The position numbers and the translations under genes were made by a program. Below, piece by piece: positions 1 to 10,339 of a stretch of DNA of 64,000 bases. The first letter of the stretch is position 1, and the number at the start of each line of letters is the position of its first letter. The notes under the pieces were generated by a model. That model searched no databases. It saw nothing but the letters and a program-made list of their open reading frames with translations, and was not told the origin of the DNA. Source of the stretch: Syntrophales bacterium (GTDB lineage: Bacteria; Desulfobacterota; Syntrophia; Syntrophales; UBA2210). The DNA lies in the NCBI GenBank assembly GCA_963666365.2, contig CAXXNF010000002.1, forward strand, positions 1,408,001-1,472,000, written 5' to 3'.

Positions 1-1036
1 ATGTTCCCTTGTGCACAAGTCCTTCCTCGAGTGCCGCGGCGGCAACAATCGGTTTAAAGGTCGAACCGGGGGGATATTGTCCCCCAATTGACCTGTTCTG
101 CAGGGGACTCAAGGGATTGTTCAGCAGATTCCCCCACTCCCCCGTTGCGATGCCTCTATTGAAAAGATTGGGATCAAAGGAAGGTTTGCTCACCATAGCG
201 AGGATCGATCCATCCTTCGGATTCATTACGATTACCGATCCTGCCTTTTTATTAAAGGCATCCCAGCAGGCCTTTTGTAGTTTGCTGTCGAGCGTGACGA
301 TCACGTTGGCGCCCGTCATGGATGCAACCTCGCTCAAAACTTTGAGTTTTCGTCCCGTCACGTTCACTTCGATCTGTTCTCCTCCGCGGGCGCCTTTCAA
401 GTACTTGTCCAGACGTTTTTCCACGCCATACTTTCCGACGATATCATCGGCACGGTAATCTTTGTATGAAGGCATCGATAATTCAGAAGCGGCGATTTCC
501 CCCACATACCCGAGCACATGGGCCATCATGGCGCCCATGACATATTCCCTGACAGGCACCACATCAACCATAATTCCCGGAAGAACGCCAAGGTTTGTCT
601 CGACGACGGCCACCTTGTCCCAGGAAACATTGGTTTCAAGCCTCAGTGGAACAAAGGGTTTCTGCACACGGAGTGATGAAAGATTTCCCGAAAAGGACAG
701 CGCCTTTGCCTCATAAAGACCGGTCAGCGTTTCGACGACGGCCCGTATGTCTTTGGCCTCTTCAGGGATGATGGAAATATCGAACGAGGGGTGATTGTCT
801 ACAAGAATATTTTGATAGGCATCAATAATAAGTCCTCTCAGGGGTTTAATTTCACGGACTCGTATCCTGTTATTTTCAGATCGTTGTCGCAAATCACTTC
901 CGTTCAATATCTGAAGATACCAGAGCCGGGCAAGAAGGATGAAAAATGCCGCCAGCACCACTACGCCGATGACCCTGAATCGTATCCTGAAGTCGGACGG
1001 TTCGTGTTTGTCAAGCTTTCTGCGACTCGTTGGCAC
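1..1036 (-). CDS. mrdA: Penicillin-binding protein 2, N-terminal part (runs off the window start)
   Basis: Manual translation from GTG at 1036: MPTSRRK...FFILLARLWYLQILNG...SENNRIR...PLRGLIID, a typical class B PBP start; follows mreBCD. Confidence 0.9.
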   Translation of the reverse strand, partial: MPTSRRKLDKHEPSDFRIRFRVIGVVVLAAFFILLARLWYLQILNGSDLRQRSENNRIRVREIKPLRGLIIDAYQNILVDNHPSFDISIIPEEAKDIRAVVETLTGLYEAKALSFSGNLSSLRVQKPFVPLRLETNVSWDKVAVVETNLGVLPGIMVDVVPVREYVMGAMMAHVLGYVGEIAASELSMPSYKDYRADDIVGKYGVEKRLDKYLKGARGGEQIEVNVTGRKLKVLSEVASMTGANVIVTLDSKLQKACWDAFNKKAGSVIVMNPKDGSILAMVSKPSFDPNLFNRGIATGEWGNLLNNPLSPLQNRSIGGQYPPGSTFKPIVAAAALEEGLVHKGT

Positions 1037-1514
1037 TCAGCAACCTCTCTATCCTGTCAAATATGGAAAACAATAAAGGACTGATCCCCCCAAGGATCAA
1101 CGCCTGTACAAGTATGGGCCAAACGACACCGAGGCCCATATCGCTCTCGTAGAAGTATCGGAAGACGAGCACCATCAAGCCCCCCTCACACAACGAGGCC
1201 AGCGCAGTGACAAGCATGATCACAATGTTATGTTCAGCGTACATGCGAAGCGAGAGGATCTTTGCTATGGCGAACATGAGCATGTACATCGTAAGATAAA
1301 AATAGGGAATCGTACCCACCAGGGCGTCGAGGCAGAAGCCCAGGGCAAAGGCCAGCAGCCCTCCTTTCGGAATGCTTACGCGAAAACCCGCGAAAATTAC
1401 CAGCACGAGCGAAAGTTCCACCCTGAGTGCACCTATAAAAAGAATATCAAAAAACGTGACCTGGAAACCTACGAGGGCGAGCACGCCCAGGGGAACGATG
1501 AAATAGCAAATCAC
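1011..1514 (-). CDS. mreD: Rod shape-determining protein MreD
   Basis: 167 aa, highly hydrophobic, lies between mreC and mrdA. Confidence 0.8.
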   Translation of the reverse strand: MICYFIVPLGVLALVGFQVTFFDILFIGALRVELSLVLVIFAGFRVSIPKGGLLAFALGFCLDALVGTIPYFYLTMYMLMFAIAKILSLRMYAEHNIVIMLVTALASLCEGGLMVLVFRYFYESDMGLGVVWPILVQALILGGISPLLFSIFDRIERLLSANESQKA

Positions 1515-2338
1515 TTCGCTCCCCCATTTTCACTGATAATGACGGCAATTTCCTCGATCTTTTCCACATCCACTGCGGGCATTACTTCAATTTCCTGGAA
1601 GAGGTCCGCATCACTCTTCCTGACCTTCGTCACCCTTCCCAGCAGCAATCCCTTGGGGAACCCCCCTGCAAGTCCCGATGATACAATCACGTCACCTGCC
1701 GCGACATTCTCCGTGCGTGGGACGTATTTCATGATGCAGCAGGTTCCATCTTTCCCCTCAAGAATGCCTCTCACCCGCTGTCTCTGCACAAAGGCATCGA
1801 TACGACTGTTATAATCGACGATCAGAAGCACTTTGGCCATGTTCCAGGATACCTCGATGATCTTTCCTACCACTCCATCATCGGTAACCACGGGATAGCC
1901 GACCTTCAGACCATCAGTGGCCCCTCTATCAATAACAAAGGACTTGAACAGCGATGCCCGTTCTCTTCCTATCACTCGCGCGGCAATTGTCGGACTGTTT
2001 ATCTGCTCTTTCAGGCCCAGAAGTTTTCGCAGCCTTCGGCATTCAAGAGTCACTTCCCTGGACTGGTTAAGTTCTCTCTCAAGCCCGGAAATCTGTGTTT
2101 TCAACCTTTCGTTTTCCTCTTTTATCCCCACGAGGAACACATACCGCTCCCAGGTTTCTCCCACCGCGTCAAAGGTTTTACCGATAAAATTCTGAAGAGG
2201 CGTGACAGCCTCAAGCACCACCTTCCTCAGAAACAGCGTTTCATTATCGCTGCCGGCGCCGACGTAAAACGTAACAAATAGTGCGGCCACAACAATGCAG
2301 CATACGGTAATTGTAAGATATTTTCTAAGAGTAGGCAT
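1511..2338 (-). CDS. mreC: Rod shape-determining protein MreC
   Basis: N-terminal TM, coiled coil (EENERLK), IDRG..DG, GVVGKI and SSGLAGGFPKG motifs; synteny. Confidence 0.93.
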   Translation of the reverse strand: MPTLRKYLTITVCCIVVAALFVTFYVGAGSDNETLFLRKVVLEAVTPLQNFIGKTFDAVGETWERYVFLVGIKEENERLKTQISGLERELNQSREVTLECRRLRKLLGLKEQINSPTIAARVIGRERASLFKSFVIDRGATDGLKVGYPVVTDDGVVGKIIEVSWNMAKVLLIVDYNSRIDAFVQRQRVRGILEGKDGTCCIMKYVPRTENVAAGDVIVSSGLAGGFPKGLLLGRVTKVRKSDADLFQEIEVMPAVDVEKIEEIAVIISENGGAK

Positions 2339-2441
2339 TCTGCATCCGACGATTGCATCGAAAGTCAGCCGCTATCCACAGAGCGTGCGAACGCTGCGGT
2401 TATGACCACATAAATATGCGGGCCGGGTAGGTATCCTCGAC

Positions 2442-3494
<1,053 letters not shown>

Positions 3495-3630
3495 TTATCA
3501 GCACATTCGCCTTATCCTATACAGTATTTCCGGGGGCTAATCAATTAAAAAACTATTGCATTTTGACGGGGAGTATACTACTACAGCACCTGAAAAGTTT
3601 CTATAACAATAGGGGGTTACAGACTGAAAA

Positions 3631-5265
3631 ATGTTACAGCTGATGCGGAAGCACGCCAGAAACTGGCTCATGAAGGTGATACTCGGCATTATCATTATCG
3701 TCTTTGTATTTTATTTTGGATCGATGAGAGGAAGCCTGCAGACTGAAACAATTGCAAAAATAGACGGACTCCAGATTGCGCGTGCAGAATATATCAAGGA
3801 GTATCAGGATCTTATTGACTTTTACCGTCAACGCTACGGGAACAGCATCAGCGACGACCTTCTCAAGAAACTCAACCTCAAGCAACGCGCCTACGACAGC
3901 CTTATCGAACGAATGATTATTCTCGCTAAGGCCGATGAGCTTGGCCTTGAGGTAAGCGACGAAGAGGTAACGGAAAAGATCCTTTCATATCCGGCGTTTA
4001 AACGCGACGGAGTATTTGATCCCAGTCTTTACGAACGCATACTGGCCTTTCAAAAAATCACTCCGGAAGAGTTCGAGGACAGTCAGAGGCGATTTCTGAC
4101 AATCAACAAGTTGGAACGGTTGATTAAAGAATCGGCAAAAGTGTCCGATGAAGAAGCCTACGAGATATATCGGATGCAAAACGAGAAGATCAATCTGGAC
4201 TTTGTCAAAATAACACCCGATGCCTTCATAAAAGGAGTAAATCCCACCGACGAGGATCTGAAAAATTTCTTGAAGGAAAAGGCGGAAAACTTTCGTGTGC
4301 CCCGTCAGATAAAACTTGAATATATAAGGATTCCCGGCGCGGACTTTGCCCAGTCGCACACGGTGACGAAAGATGAAATAGAAGAGTATTATCGATATCA
4401 TAAGGAGGATTTTACCAAAAAGGTAAAGGTGATGGTGGAAGGAAAGGAAGAAGAGAAGGCAGAACCGGCGCCGCTTGAGGAAGTGCGAGATACAATTATC
4501 GATTCGATACAACAGACAAAAGGGATGGAAAAGGCCTTCATGGTTGCGAAAAAGGCACACGACATCATTTATCAGGAAGAAAATTTCCATCAATACGCAG
4601 AGGCGCAAGGACTGAAAGTGGCTGAAACGGATCTCTTTTCAGAAGAAAATCCTCCCAAGGAACTTCTCATGGTCGCCGATCTTTTTGCCTGGGCTTTCGA
4701 TCTTCAGGAAGGCGAGATCTCGCCGGTACTTTCCGACGACAAGGCTCACTATATCTTTCGCCTTACCGGAGAAAAGGCGTCCTATATCCCCGCTCTTGAA
4801 GAAGCGCGCAAGGAAATTGAGCAGAGTTACCGTGAAAGTGAATCCATTAAACGGGCAAAAGAACGGGCGGAAGGAATTCTCGCCCGGTTGAAAAAGGGAG
4901 ATCTTTTCCTCAGAGTCGCAGACGAGGAGGGGCTGAAATGGGAGGAAACCGGTTTATTCAAGCCAAGTCAAGATATTCCGAAAATCGGGTTTTCAAGCGA
5001 TCTCTTCGGCGCCGTCTATGAACTTTCCATAAAAACCCCCTATCCCGAAACGGTCTTTTACATCAACGGCAGCTATGTCGTCGTCCGGCTGAAGGAACGG
5101 GGAACCATCAATAACGAAGAGTGGGAAAAAGCAAAAGAGGGACTGAAAACATCACTTCTGAATTTCAAGAAGGAAGACTATTTCCGCTCGTGGCTCGAAG
5201 AAACGCGTAAGATGATGACAAAAGAGGGCCGCATTGAAATTTTGAAAGAGGTAGAGGACATTTAA
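3631..5265 (+). CDS. ppiD: PpiD-like periplasmic folding chaperone (SurA N-terminal domain)
   Basis: MLQLMRK..WLMKVILGIIIIVFVFYFG anchor, G.FD..Y motif, 544 aa. Confidence 0.75.
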   Translation: MLQLMRKHARNWLMKVILGIIIIVFVFYFGSMRGSLQTETIAKIDGLQIARAEYIKEYQDLIDFYRQRYGNSISDDLLKKLNLKQRAYDSLIERMIILAKADELGLEVSDEEVTEKILSYPAFKRDGVFDPSLYERILAFQKITPEEFEDSQRRFLTINKLERLIKESAKVSDEEAYEIYRMQNEKINLDFVKITPDAFIKGVNPTDEDLKNFLKEKAENFRVPRQIKLEYIRIPGADFAQSHTVTKDEIEEYYRYHKEDFTKKVKVMVEGKEEEKAEPAPLEEVRDTIIDSIQQTKGMEKAFMVAKKAHDIIYQEENFHQYAEAQGLKVAETDLFSEENPPKELLMVADLFAWAFDLQEGEISPVLSDDKAHYIFRLTGEKASYIPALEEARKEIEQSYRESESIKRAKERAEGILARLKKGDLFLRVADEEGLKWEETGLFKPSQDIPKIGFSSDLFGAVYELSIKTPYPETVFYINGSYVVVRLKERGTINNEEWEKAKEGLKTSLLNFKKEDYFRSWLEETRKMMTKEGRIEILKEVEDI

Positions 5266-5266
5266 A

Positions 5267-5341
5267 GTAGGAAGAGTAGGAAGAGTAAGAAGAGTAGGAA
5301 GAGTTGTCTTCAACTTTTCCTACTTTTCCTACTTCCTCAAC
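5267..5341. repeat. Inverted array of 9-mer tandem repeats between convergent genes
   Basis: GT(A)(G/A)GAAGA x4 (5267-5302), GTTG-TCTT-CAAC centre, then TTTTCCTAC x2 and TTCCTCAAC. Confidence 0.85.
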
Positions 5342-5996
5342 CTTCCGTCATCGCCAGTACTTCGTCGACCAGTTTTTCGATTCCACGGGCAACGTGAGCA
5401 ATAGAGCGACCAAGCATGTAGGCAGGGGTTGTCACGACGCGCTGTGCGCGATCCACCACTGTTCCTTCGACCGCACAGGTGACGTGCTTCCCTCCCATTG
5501 CTTCGATTGCAGCGGCCGTTGCAGTATCGGAACCGACCGTGAGCTGCGGATTAAACCGGCCCAGTAGCTTCGCGGCGACTACCGGCGCGATGCACATGAA
5601 GCCGAGGGGTTTCTTCTGATCGTGCATTTCGAGCACCAGTGCTTCCACCTCGGGAATGACGCTGCAGTCGGCACCCTTGAGGGCAAAGTCGCAGAGATTT
5701 TTCGCGGCGCCGAACCCACCGGGAAAAATGAGGGCATCGAGGCCGCCGGCCGATACTTCCTTCATACTCCTGATCTCACCCCTTGAAATCCTCGAGGATT
5801 CGACAAGCACATTTCTCTTTTCGGAAGCGGGGACGCCCGCCGCATGATTCATCACATCGCGTTGTTCCATATCGGGCGCCATACAGACAATATCGGCGCC
5901 AGCCCGGTCGAGAAAATAGAGCGTCAACGTCGCTTCGTGAATCTCGGCGCCATCGTAGACACCGCACCCCGATAATACTACACCTACTTTCGCCAT
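5337..5996 (-). CDS. elbB: ElbB/ES1 glyoxalase (DJ-1 superfamily)
   Basis: VLSGCGVYDGAEIHE, PGGFGAAKNL, CIAP and TTPAYM motifs. Confidence 0.93.
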   Translation of the reverse strand: MAKVGVVLSGCGVYDGAEIHEATLTLYFLDRAGADIVCMAPDMEQRDVMNHAAGVPASEKRNVLVESSRISRGEIRSMKEVSAGGLDALIFPGGFGAAKNLCDFALKGADCSVIPEVEALVLEMHDQKKPLGFMCIAPVVAAKLLGRFNPQLTVGSDTATAAAIEAMGGKHVTCAVEGTVVDRAQRVVTTPAYMLGRSIAHVARGIEKLVDEVLAMTEG

Positions 5997-6007
5997 GGAA
6001 AACCTCC

Positions 6008-7387
6008 TTACCTTATCTGATGCCGTTTCAACTTCTCCACATAGGTGGTTCTGTTCAGATTCAGCAGCTTTGCCGCCCGATTTTTCACCCCGCCGGACTG
6101 TTGCAAGGCCTTGAGAAGCAAGTCCTTTTCAAACTCGTCCATTACCTCGCTGATGCTCAACCCTTCAGGGGGAATCTGAATATTCGGCGCCATCTCATCC
6201 TTCCGAAAACCGGACGCGCATATTTTATCGGGCAGGTCTTCCACATCCACGAATCCGGAGCCTTTCATCACTACCAGCATTTCTATGACGTTTTGCAGTT
6301 CCCGCACATTTCCCGGCCAGTGATAGTGCATCATTATTTCCAGTGCTTCATCGGTCAATCCTTCTACACTTTTTTGTTTTGTTTTCTTGAACCTGGAAAC
6401 AAAGTGCTCGACAAGCACCGGGATATCCTCTTTCCGCTCACGTAAAGGGGGCAGATGAATAGGTATCACATTAATTCTGTAAAAGAGGTCCTCTCGGAAA
6501 CGCTTTTCCCGTACGGCATCTTCCAGATTCTGATTTGTTGCAGCAATTATCCGTACATCGGCATCGATCGTTTTCATTCCGCCGATACGTTCGAACTGAC
6601 GTTCCTGAATAACCCTGAGCAGTTTCACCTGCAGCGAAGGACTCATGTCGCCGATCTCATCGAGAAATATCGAACCCCCCTGGGCCAACTCAAATCGTCC
6701 TGTCCTGCTTCGAATGGCCCCCGTAAAGGCGCCTTTCTCATGGCCAAACATTTCGCTTTCCAAAAGCTCTTCAGGAATGGCGCCGCAGTTCACCGTCACA
6801 AGAGGTCCTGTTTTTCTTTCACTGTTGAAATGAAGCGCCCGCGCCACCAGTTCTTTACCTGTGCCACTTTCGCCATAAATAATCACGGTACTGTCCGTTC
6901 CCGCCACCTTTTCTATAGTAGCAAAAACGGTTTTCATGCCGTTGCTGTACCCGATCATCTTTCCGAAATCGAACTTCTCCATCAGCTGATCTTTGAGCGA
7001 TTCATTCTCGCCGCGAAGGAGGGCAAATGAAAGGGCCCTCTGCAGGGACAGCTGTACGCGATCATCCTTGAGCGGTTTGGTAATATAATCAAATGCCCCA
7101 AGCCTCATCGCCTCCACTGCACTTTGTACGGAGGCATACCCGGTGATGACCACAACAACGGTATCCGGATATTCTTCCTTCAGAAACTTCAGCAGTTTCA
7201 TTCCCCCGATATGGGGCATTTTGAGATCCGTAATCACCAGATCATACCGTTGACGCGAAAAGGCATCCATCGCCTCTTTCCCGTCTTTACAGGGAGTAAT
7301 CTCGGATGCACTCCCGGAAAGCATCTCTACAAGATTTTCCCTGTTTAGATCATCGTCTTCCGCAACGAGTATTCTTGGTTTCTTCAT
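6008..7387 (-). CDS. Sigma54-dependent response regulator (REC-AAA-HTH, NtrC/FlrC-like)
   Basis: REC domain, GESGTGKE, GAFTGA, WPGNVREL, C-terminal Fis HTH. Confidence 0.95.
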   Translation of the reverse strand: MKKPRILVAEDDDLNRENLVEMLSGSASEITPCKDGKEAMDAFSRQRYDLVITDLKMPHIGGMKLLKFLKEEYPDTVVVVITGYASVQSAVEAMRLGAFDYITKPLKDDRVQLSLQRALSFALLRGENESLKDQLMEKFDFGKMIGYSNGMKTVFATIEKVAGTDSTVIIYGESGTGKELVARALHFNSERKTGPLVTVNCGAIPEELLESEMFGHEKGAFTGAIRSRTGRFELAQGGSIFLDEIGDMSPSLQVKLLRVIQERQFERIGGMKTIDADVRIIAATNQNLEDAVREKRFREDLFYRINVIPIHLPPLRERKEDIPVLVEHFVSRFKKTKQKSVEGLTDEALEIMMHYHWPGNVRELQNVIEMLVVMKGSGFVDVEDLPDKICASGFRKDEMAPNIQIPPEGLSISEVMDEFEKDLLLKALQQSGGVKNRAAKLLNLNRTTYVEKLKRHQIR

Positions 7388-7524
7388 TGGATCAATTGAG
7401 GCTCATGCAAAGAAATATGTTCAAGAATGTAAAGGTGTAATCAAATTTCTCCGAATAGTCAACAGGAAATCAGCCTTTATGGCGCCGCTGTCGCAGACGA
7501 AATAATTTTACCGCAATAAAATAC

Positions 7525-7552
7525 TCAAGTTTTGCAGTTGAAGCTCCGATAA
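7525..7552 (+). promoter_or_regulatory. Putative sigma28 (FliA) promoter, upstream copy
   Basis: TCAA-N16-TCCGATAA. Confidence 0.55.
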
Positions 7553-7589
7553 CACCATCACTTGTAAAATTATTTTTTTAAAAAATCGC

Positions 7590-7617
7590 TAAAGTAATAC
7601 ATCCCATCTGCCGATTA
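7590..7617 (+). promoter_or_regulatory. Putative sigma28 (FliA) promoter
   Basis: TAAA-N16-GCCGATTA, 36 nt before the ATG at 7654. Confidence 0.7.
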
Positions 7618-7653
7618 CCTGGTAAAGCAATTTTCGGACGAGAGGTAACTACC

Positions 7654-7860
7654 ATGACAATATCGTCCTACCAAGTCGAAAATGTTCTTCGTACCTATAC
7701 AAAACAGGGCAATTCGAGGAGGTCTGTCTCAGGCAGCGGTGATACCGTCCACACACGCCAGGATATCGTCACTCTTTCAGGGGGGGCAAAAGAGGGGGCC
7801 TACGATAAAATATCATACAGCCTTCTTGATATCCTCCTGCACAACAAAGAGGCGAAGTAA
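7654..7860 (+). CDS. Small DVU0524-like (FlgM-associated family) protein
   Basis: MTISSYQVENVLRTYTKQ start and D.VTLS motif; GAGAGG SD; sigma28 promoter upstream. Confidence 0.6.
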   Translation: MTISSYQVENVLRTYTKQGNSRRSVSGSGDTVHTRQDIVTLSGGAKEGAYDKISYSLLDILLHNKEAK

Positions 7861-7868
7861 AAGGATTT

Positions 7869-9353
7869 ATGGCACATTCCCATTGCTCAGAGACAAAAAC
7901 GATTCTTGTGGTCGATGACGACATCGCAACGCGCGTCCTCATCACGGACGCCCTGAGGGAAGGGGGATACCCCAACACACGGGAGGTAAAAAACGGTTTC
8001 GAGGCCCTCGAATCCTTCGAAAGAGAGGGAAGCGATCTTATAATCAGTGATCTGAACATGCCCGGCATGAGCGGCATGGAGCTTTTAAACCGCATCAAGG
8101 AATTGAATCCCTCTATTCCTGTCATTATCGTCACCGGCTATCCTTCCATAGACAATTCCGTGTCGGCTATGAAAAAAGGGGCTGTCGACTTTCTCACCAA
8201 ACCTTTTAAACCGGATGATTTGCTTTTCAAGGTCAACCTTTATCTCAAAGAGAATTCCTTCTTGAAGGATGAGGGCATCGCCTGCGACGGGACGGATTGG
8301 AAGTTGCATGAAAAGATCAGAGAACTGTCAACAATTGACGTCATGTATGACCGGATCGAAAATACAAGGGGAGACGACGACGATATCTTCCGGGAAATCG
8401 TCCAGCTTGCGCTCAACGTCACCGAAGGTCAGCGGTGCCTTCTAGTTCTTTTCGACGAAGTGCAGGACAGGTTCTACAATAAGATATACCACACAAAGAA
8501 TGTGCGCACGCTTCACGAAGAGGCCGAAGCCAGGGCAATGACAGCGCATCTGACCCACCTCTTCAGACAAGTCGTTCAGGACAGCAAACCCCTGCTTATT
8601 CGCTCGAACAACGATCGTGATCACTTCAATGCCCTGATTTCGGTCCCTCTGATGATTCGCTCGAAGGTCTTTGCGCTCCTTACCGTAACGAGCGAAGATC
8701 CCACCTGCACATTTACACAGAAAGACCTCTCATACCTGCTCAACCTCACGGCGCGGGCTTCGCTGAACCTGGAAAATACCCTTCTTTACAAAAGCCTCTT
8801 CGGCAGCATCATGGACACCTTTGAATCGCTGATCCAATCGGTCCAGGCGCGGGATCACTATACCGAACGACATTCACGCAGCGTGACAAAGTTTGCCGTC
8901 GAGACGGGTCGTGCCATGCACCTTTCCACCTATGAAATGGAATCGCTGAAAATCTCTTCTCTCCTTCACGACATCGGGAAAATAGCCATTCCTGACCACG
9001 TGCTGCTGAAACCGGGACAACTTACGAACGAAGAATATGAAATAATCAAAAACCATTCAGCAATAGGTGAAGGTATCCTTAAATCGATTGCATTGTTTGA
9101 GGAAGAGAGAAAAATAGTGCGTCACCATCATGAACGATGGGACGGACGAGGCTACCCGGACGGTCTTGACAAAGAGCACATACCCCTGCTTGCCCGCATT
9201 CTTTCCGTAGCGGATACCTTCGATGCCATGACGAGTGATCGCCCCTATCGCAAAGGGCTTGAACTCAGCCATGCCGTCGATCAGTTGATAAAAAACCGCG
9301 GCTCACAGTTTGATGGCGACATTGTGGACGTGTTCATCGGAATTCTCAATTGA
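7869..9353 (+). CDS. REC-GAF-HD-GYP c-di-GMP phosphodiesterase
   Basis: REC N-terminus; LHDIGK, HHERWDGRGYP, D.FDAMTSDRPYR motifs. Confidence 0.92.
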   Translation: MAHSHCSETKTILVVDDDIATRVLITDALREGGYPNTREVKNGFEALESFEREGSDLIISDLNMPGMSGMELLNRIKELNPSIPVIIVTGYPSIDNSVSAMKKGAVDFLTKPFKPDDLLFKVNLYLKENSFLKDEGIACDGTDWKLHEKIRELSTIDVMYDRIENTRGDDDDIFREIVQLALNVTEGQRCLLVLFDEVQDRFYNKIYHTKNVRTLHEEAEARAMTAHLTHLFRQVVQDSKPLLIRSNNDRDHFNALISVPLMIRSKVFALLTVTSEDPTCTFTQKDLSYLLNLTARASLNLENTLLYKSLFGSIMDTFESLIQSVQARDHYTERHSRSVTKFAVETGRAMHLSTYEMESLKISSLLHDIGKIAIPDHVLLKPGQLTNEEYEIIKNHSAIGEGILKSIALFEEERKIVRHHHERWDGRGYPDGLDKEHIPLLARILSVADTFDAMTSDRPYRKGLELSHAVDQLIKNRGSQFDGDIVDVFIGILN

Positions 9354-9418
9354 ATACCGTAGCTTCCCCTCCTTGCATACTTTCATAGCAGCCCCTGTGT
9401 GCTCACCTGCTGCAGCAA

Positions 9419-9434
9419 TGGCACGAATGGTGCA
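9419..9434 (+). promoter_or_regulatory. Possible sigma54 promoter of the PilZ gene
   Basis: TGGCAC-N5-GTGCA, with GG and GC at correct -24/-12 spacing. Confidence 0.5.
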
Positions 9435-9536
9435 TGTGACAAAAAAACAGTACGCCAGTGCACGCAGTCGACAGCATAGCAGGTTTTATCACCACATCAG
9501 GGAGGGCATGGTTCAATTCAGTAAAAGGACCCGCCC

Positions 9537-10325
9537 ATGGGGAACACAATGGAACAGGACATCAGAGAAGGAACGGACATCGATATCAGTTTCAGCGACG
9601 GCAATAAACTCACCACATCGAAAGGCCGCGTGGAAGCCGTCACCTCAGAAGGCATGGTCATCACTCTTGACATAAGCGACAAATCCATGACGCCTCCCCC
9701 GGGAACCGACATATATGTACTCAAAGGCGGGGGCTTGTACAATATTGTCGATTCAACGCACTTCCCCCGCCTTGTCATCGAAAGGGTGGTCAAAAGAAAC
9801 CACGCCCGCGTTGATGATGTGCTGAAAATCAGTTACCGCAAGATACCATCGGAAGAATATGCCCGTAAAGAAACACAGTCGAGACTGATCCTGGAAGATA
9901 CCTTCGGAGAATCCAGGGACATACCGGAAATCGAAGAGATATCCACCGCGCTTCTCTACAAACTCATTTACCAGCTCAGCCTTAAGGTGGATCGTCTCAT
10001 CGACATGATGGAAAGTAAACAGCAACATCCTTATAAAACCATTTTCGATGAGCGGATTAACATCAGTGCCTCAGGGATGCGCTTTATGACCGATGAAGAG
10101 GTGCAGGAAGGTGACATTATGGCGCTGAGAATAGCGCTTCCCCTTGCAATGGCAACTCGGCTTCATGTATTGGCCGAGGTGGTCTCGATACAGCCCCCCA
10201 CAGACGATCAAAAGCGTATGGTTTCGGTGAAATTCATTGATCTTTCACAGGAAGTCAAGGAAACAATCACGAGATATGTCTTCAAGCGGCAGAGGGAGCT
10301 TCTGCGACGGGAAGGGAATAAATAG
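9537..10325 (+). CDS. PilZ domain protein (flagellar brake-like)
   Basis: RNHAR (RxxxR) and NISASG (NxSxxG) motifs; C-terminal I.RYVF.RQRE. Confidence 0.82.
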   Translation: MGNTMEQDIREGTDIDISFSDGNKLTTSKGRVEAVTSEGMVITLDISDKSMTPPPGTDIYVLKGGGLYNIVDSTHFPRLVIERVVKRNHARVDDVLKISYRKIPSEEYARKETQSRLILEDTFGESRDIPEIEEISTALLYKLIYQLSLKVDRLIDMMESKQQHPYKTIFDERINISASGMRFMTDEEVQEGDIMALRIALPLAMATRLHVLAEVVSIQPPTDDQKRMVSVKFIDLSQEVKETITRYVFKRQRELLRREGNK

Positions 10326-10339
10326 CAGGGAAGAGGATG

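Noticed and set aside
7388..7653. c-di-GMP riboswitch or other ncRNA in motility intergenic regions
   Set aside because: No GEMM-like core was found by eye here or in the other intergenic gaps; an Infernal/Rfam scan is needed to exclude it fully.
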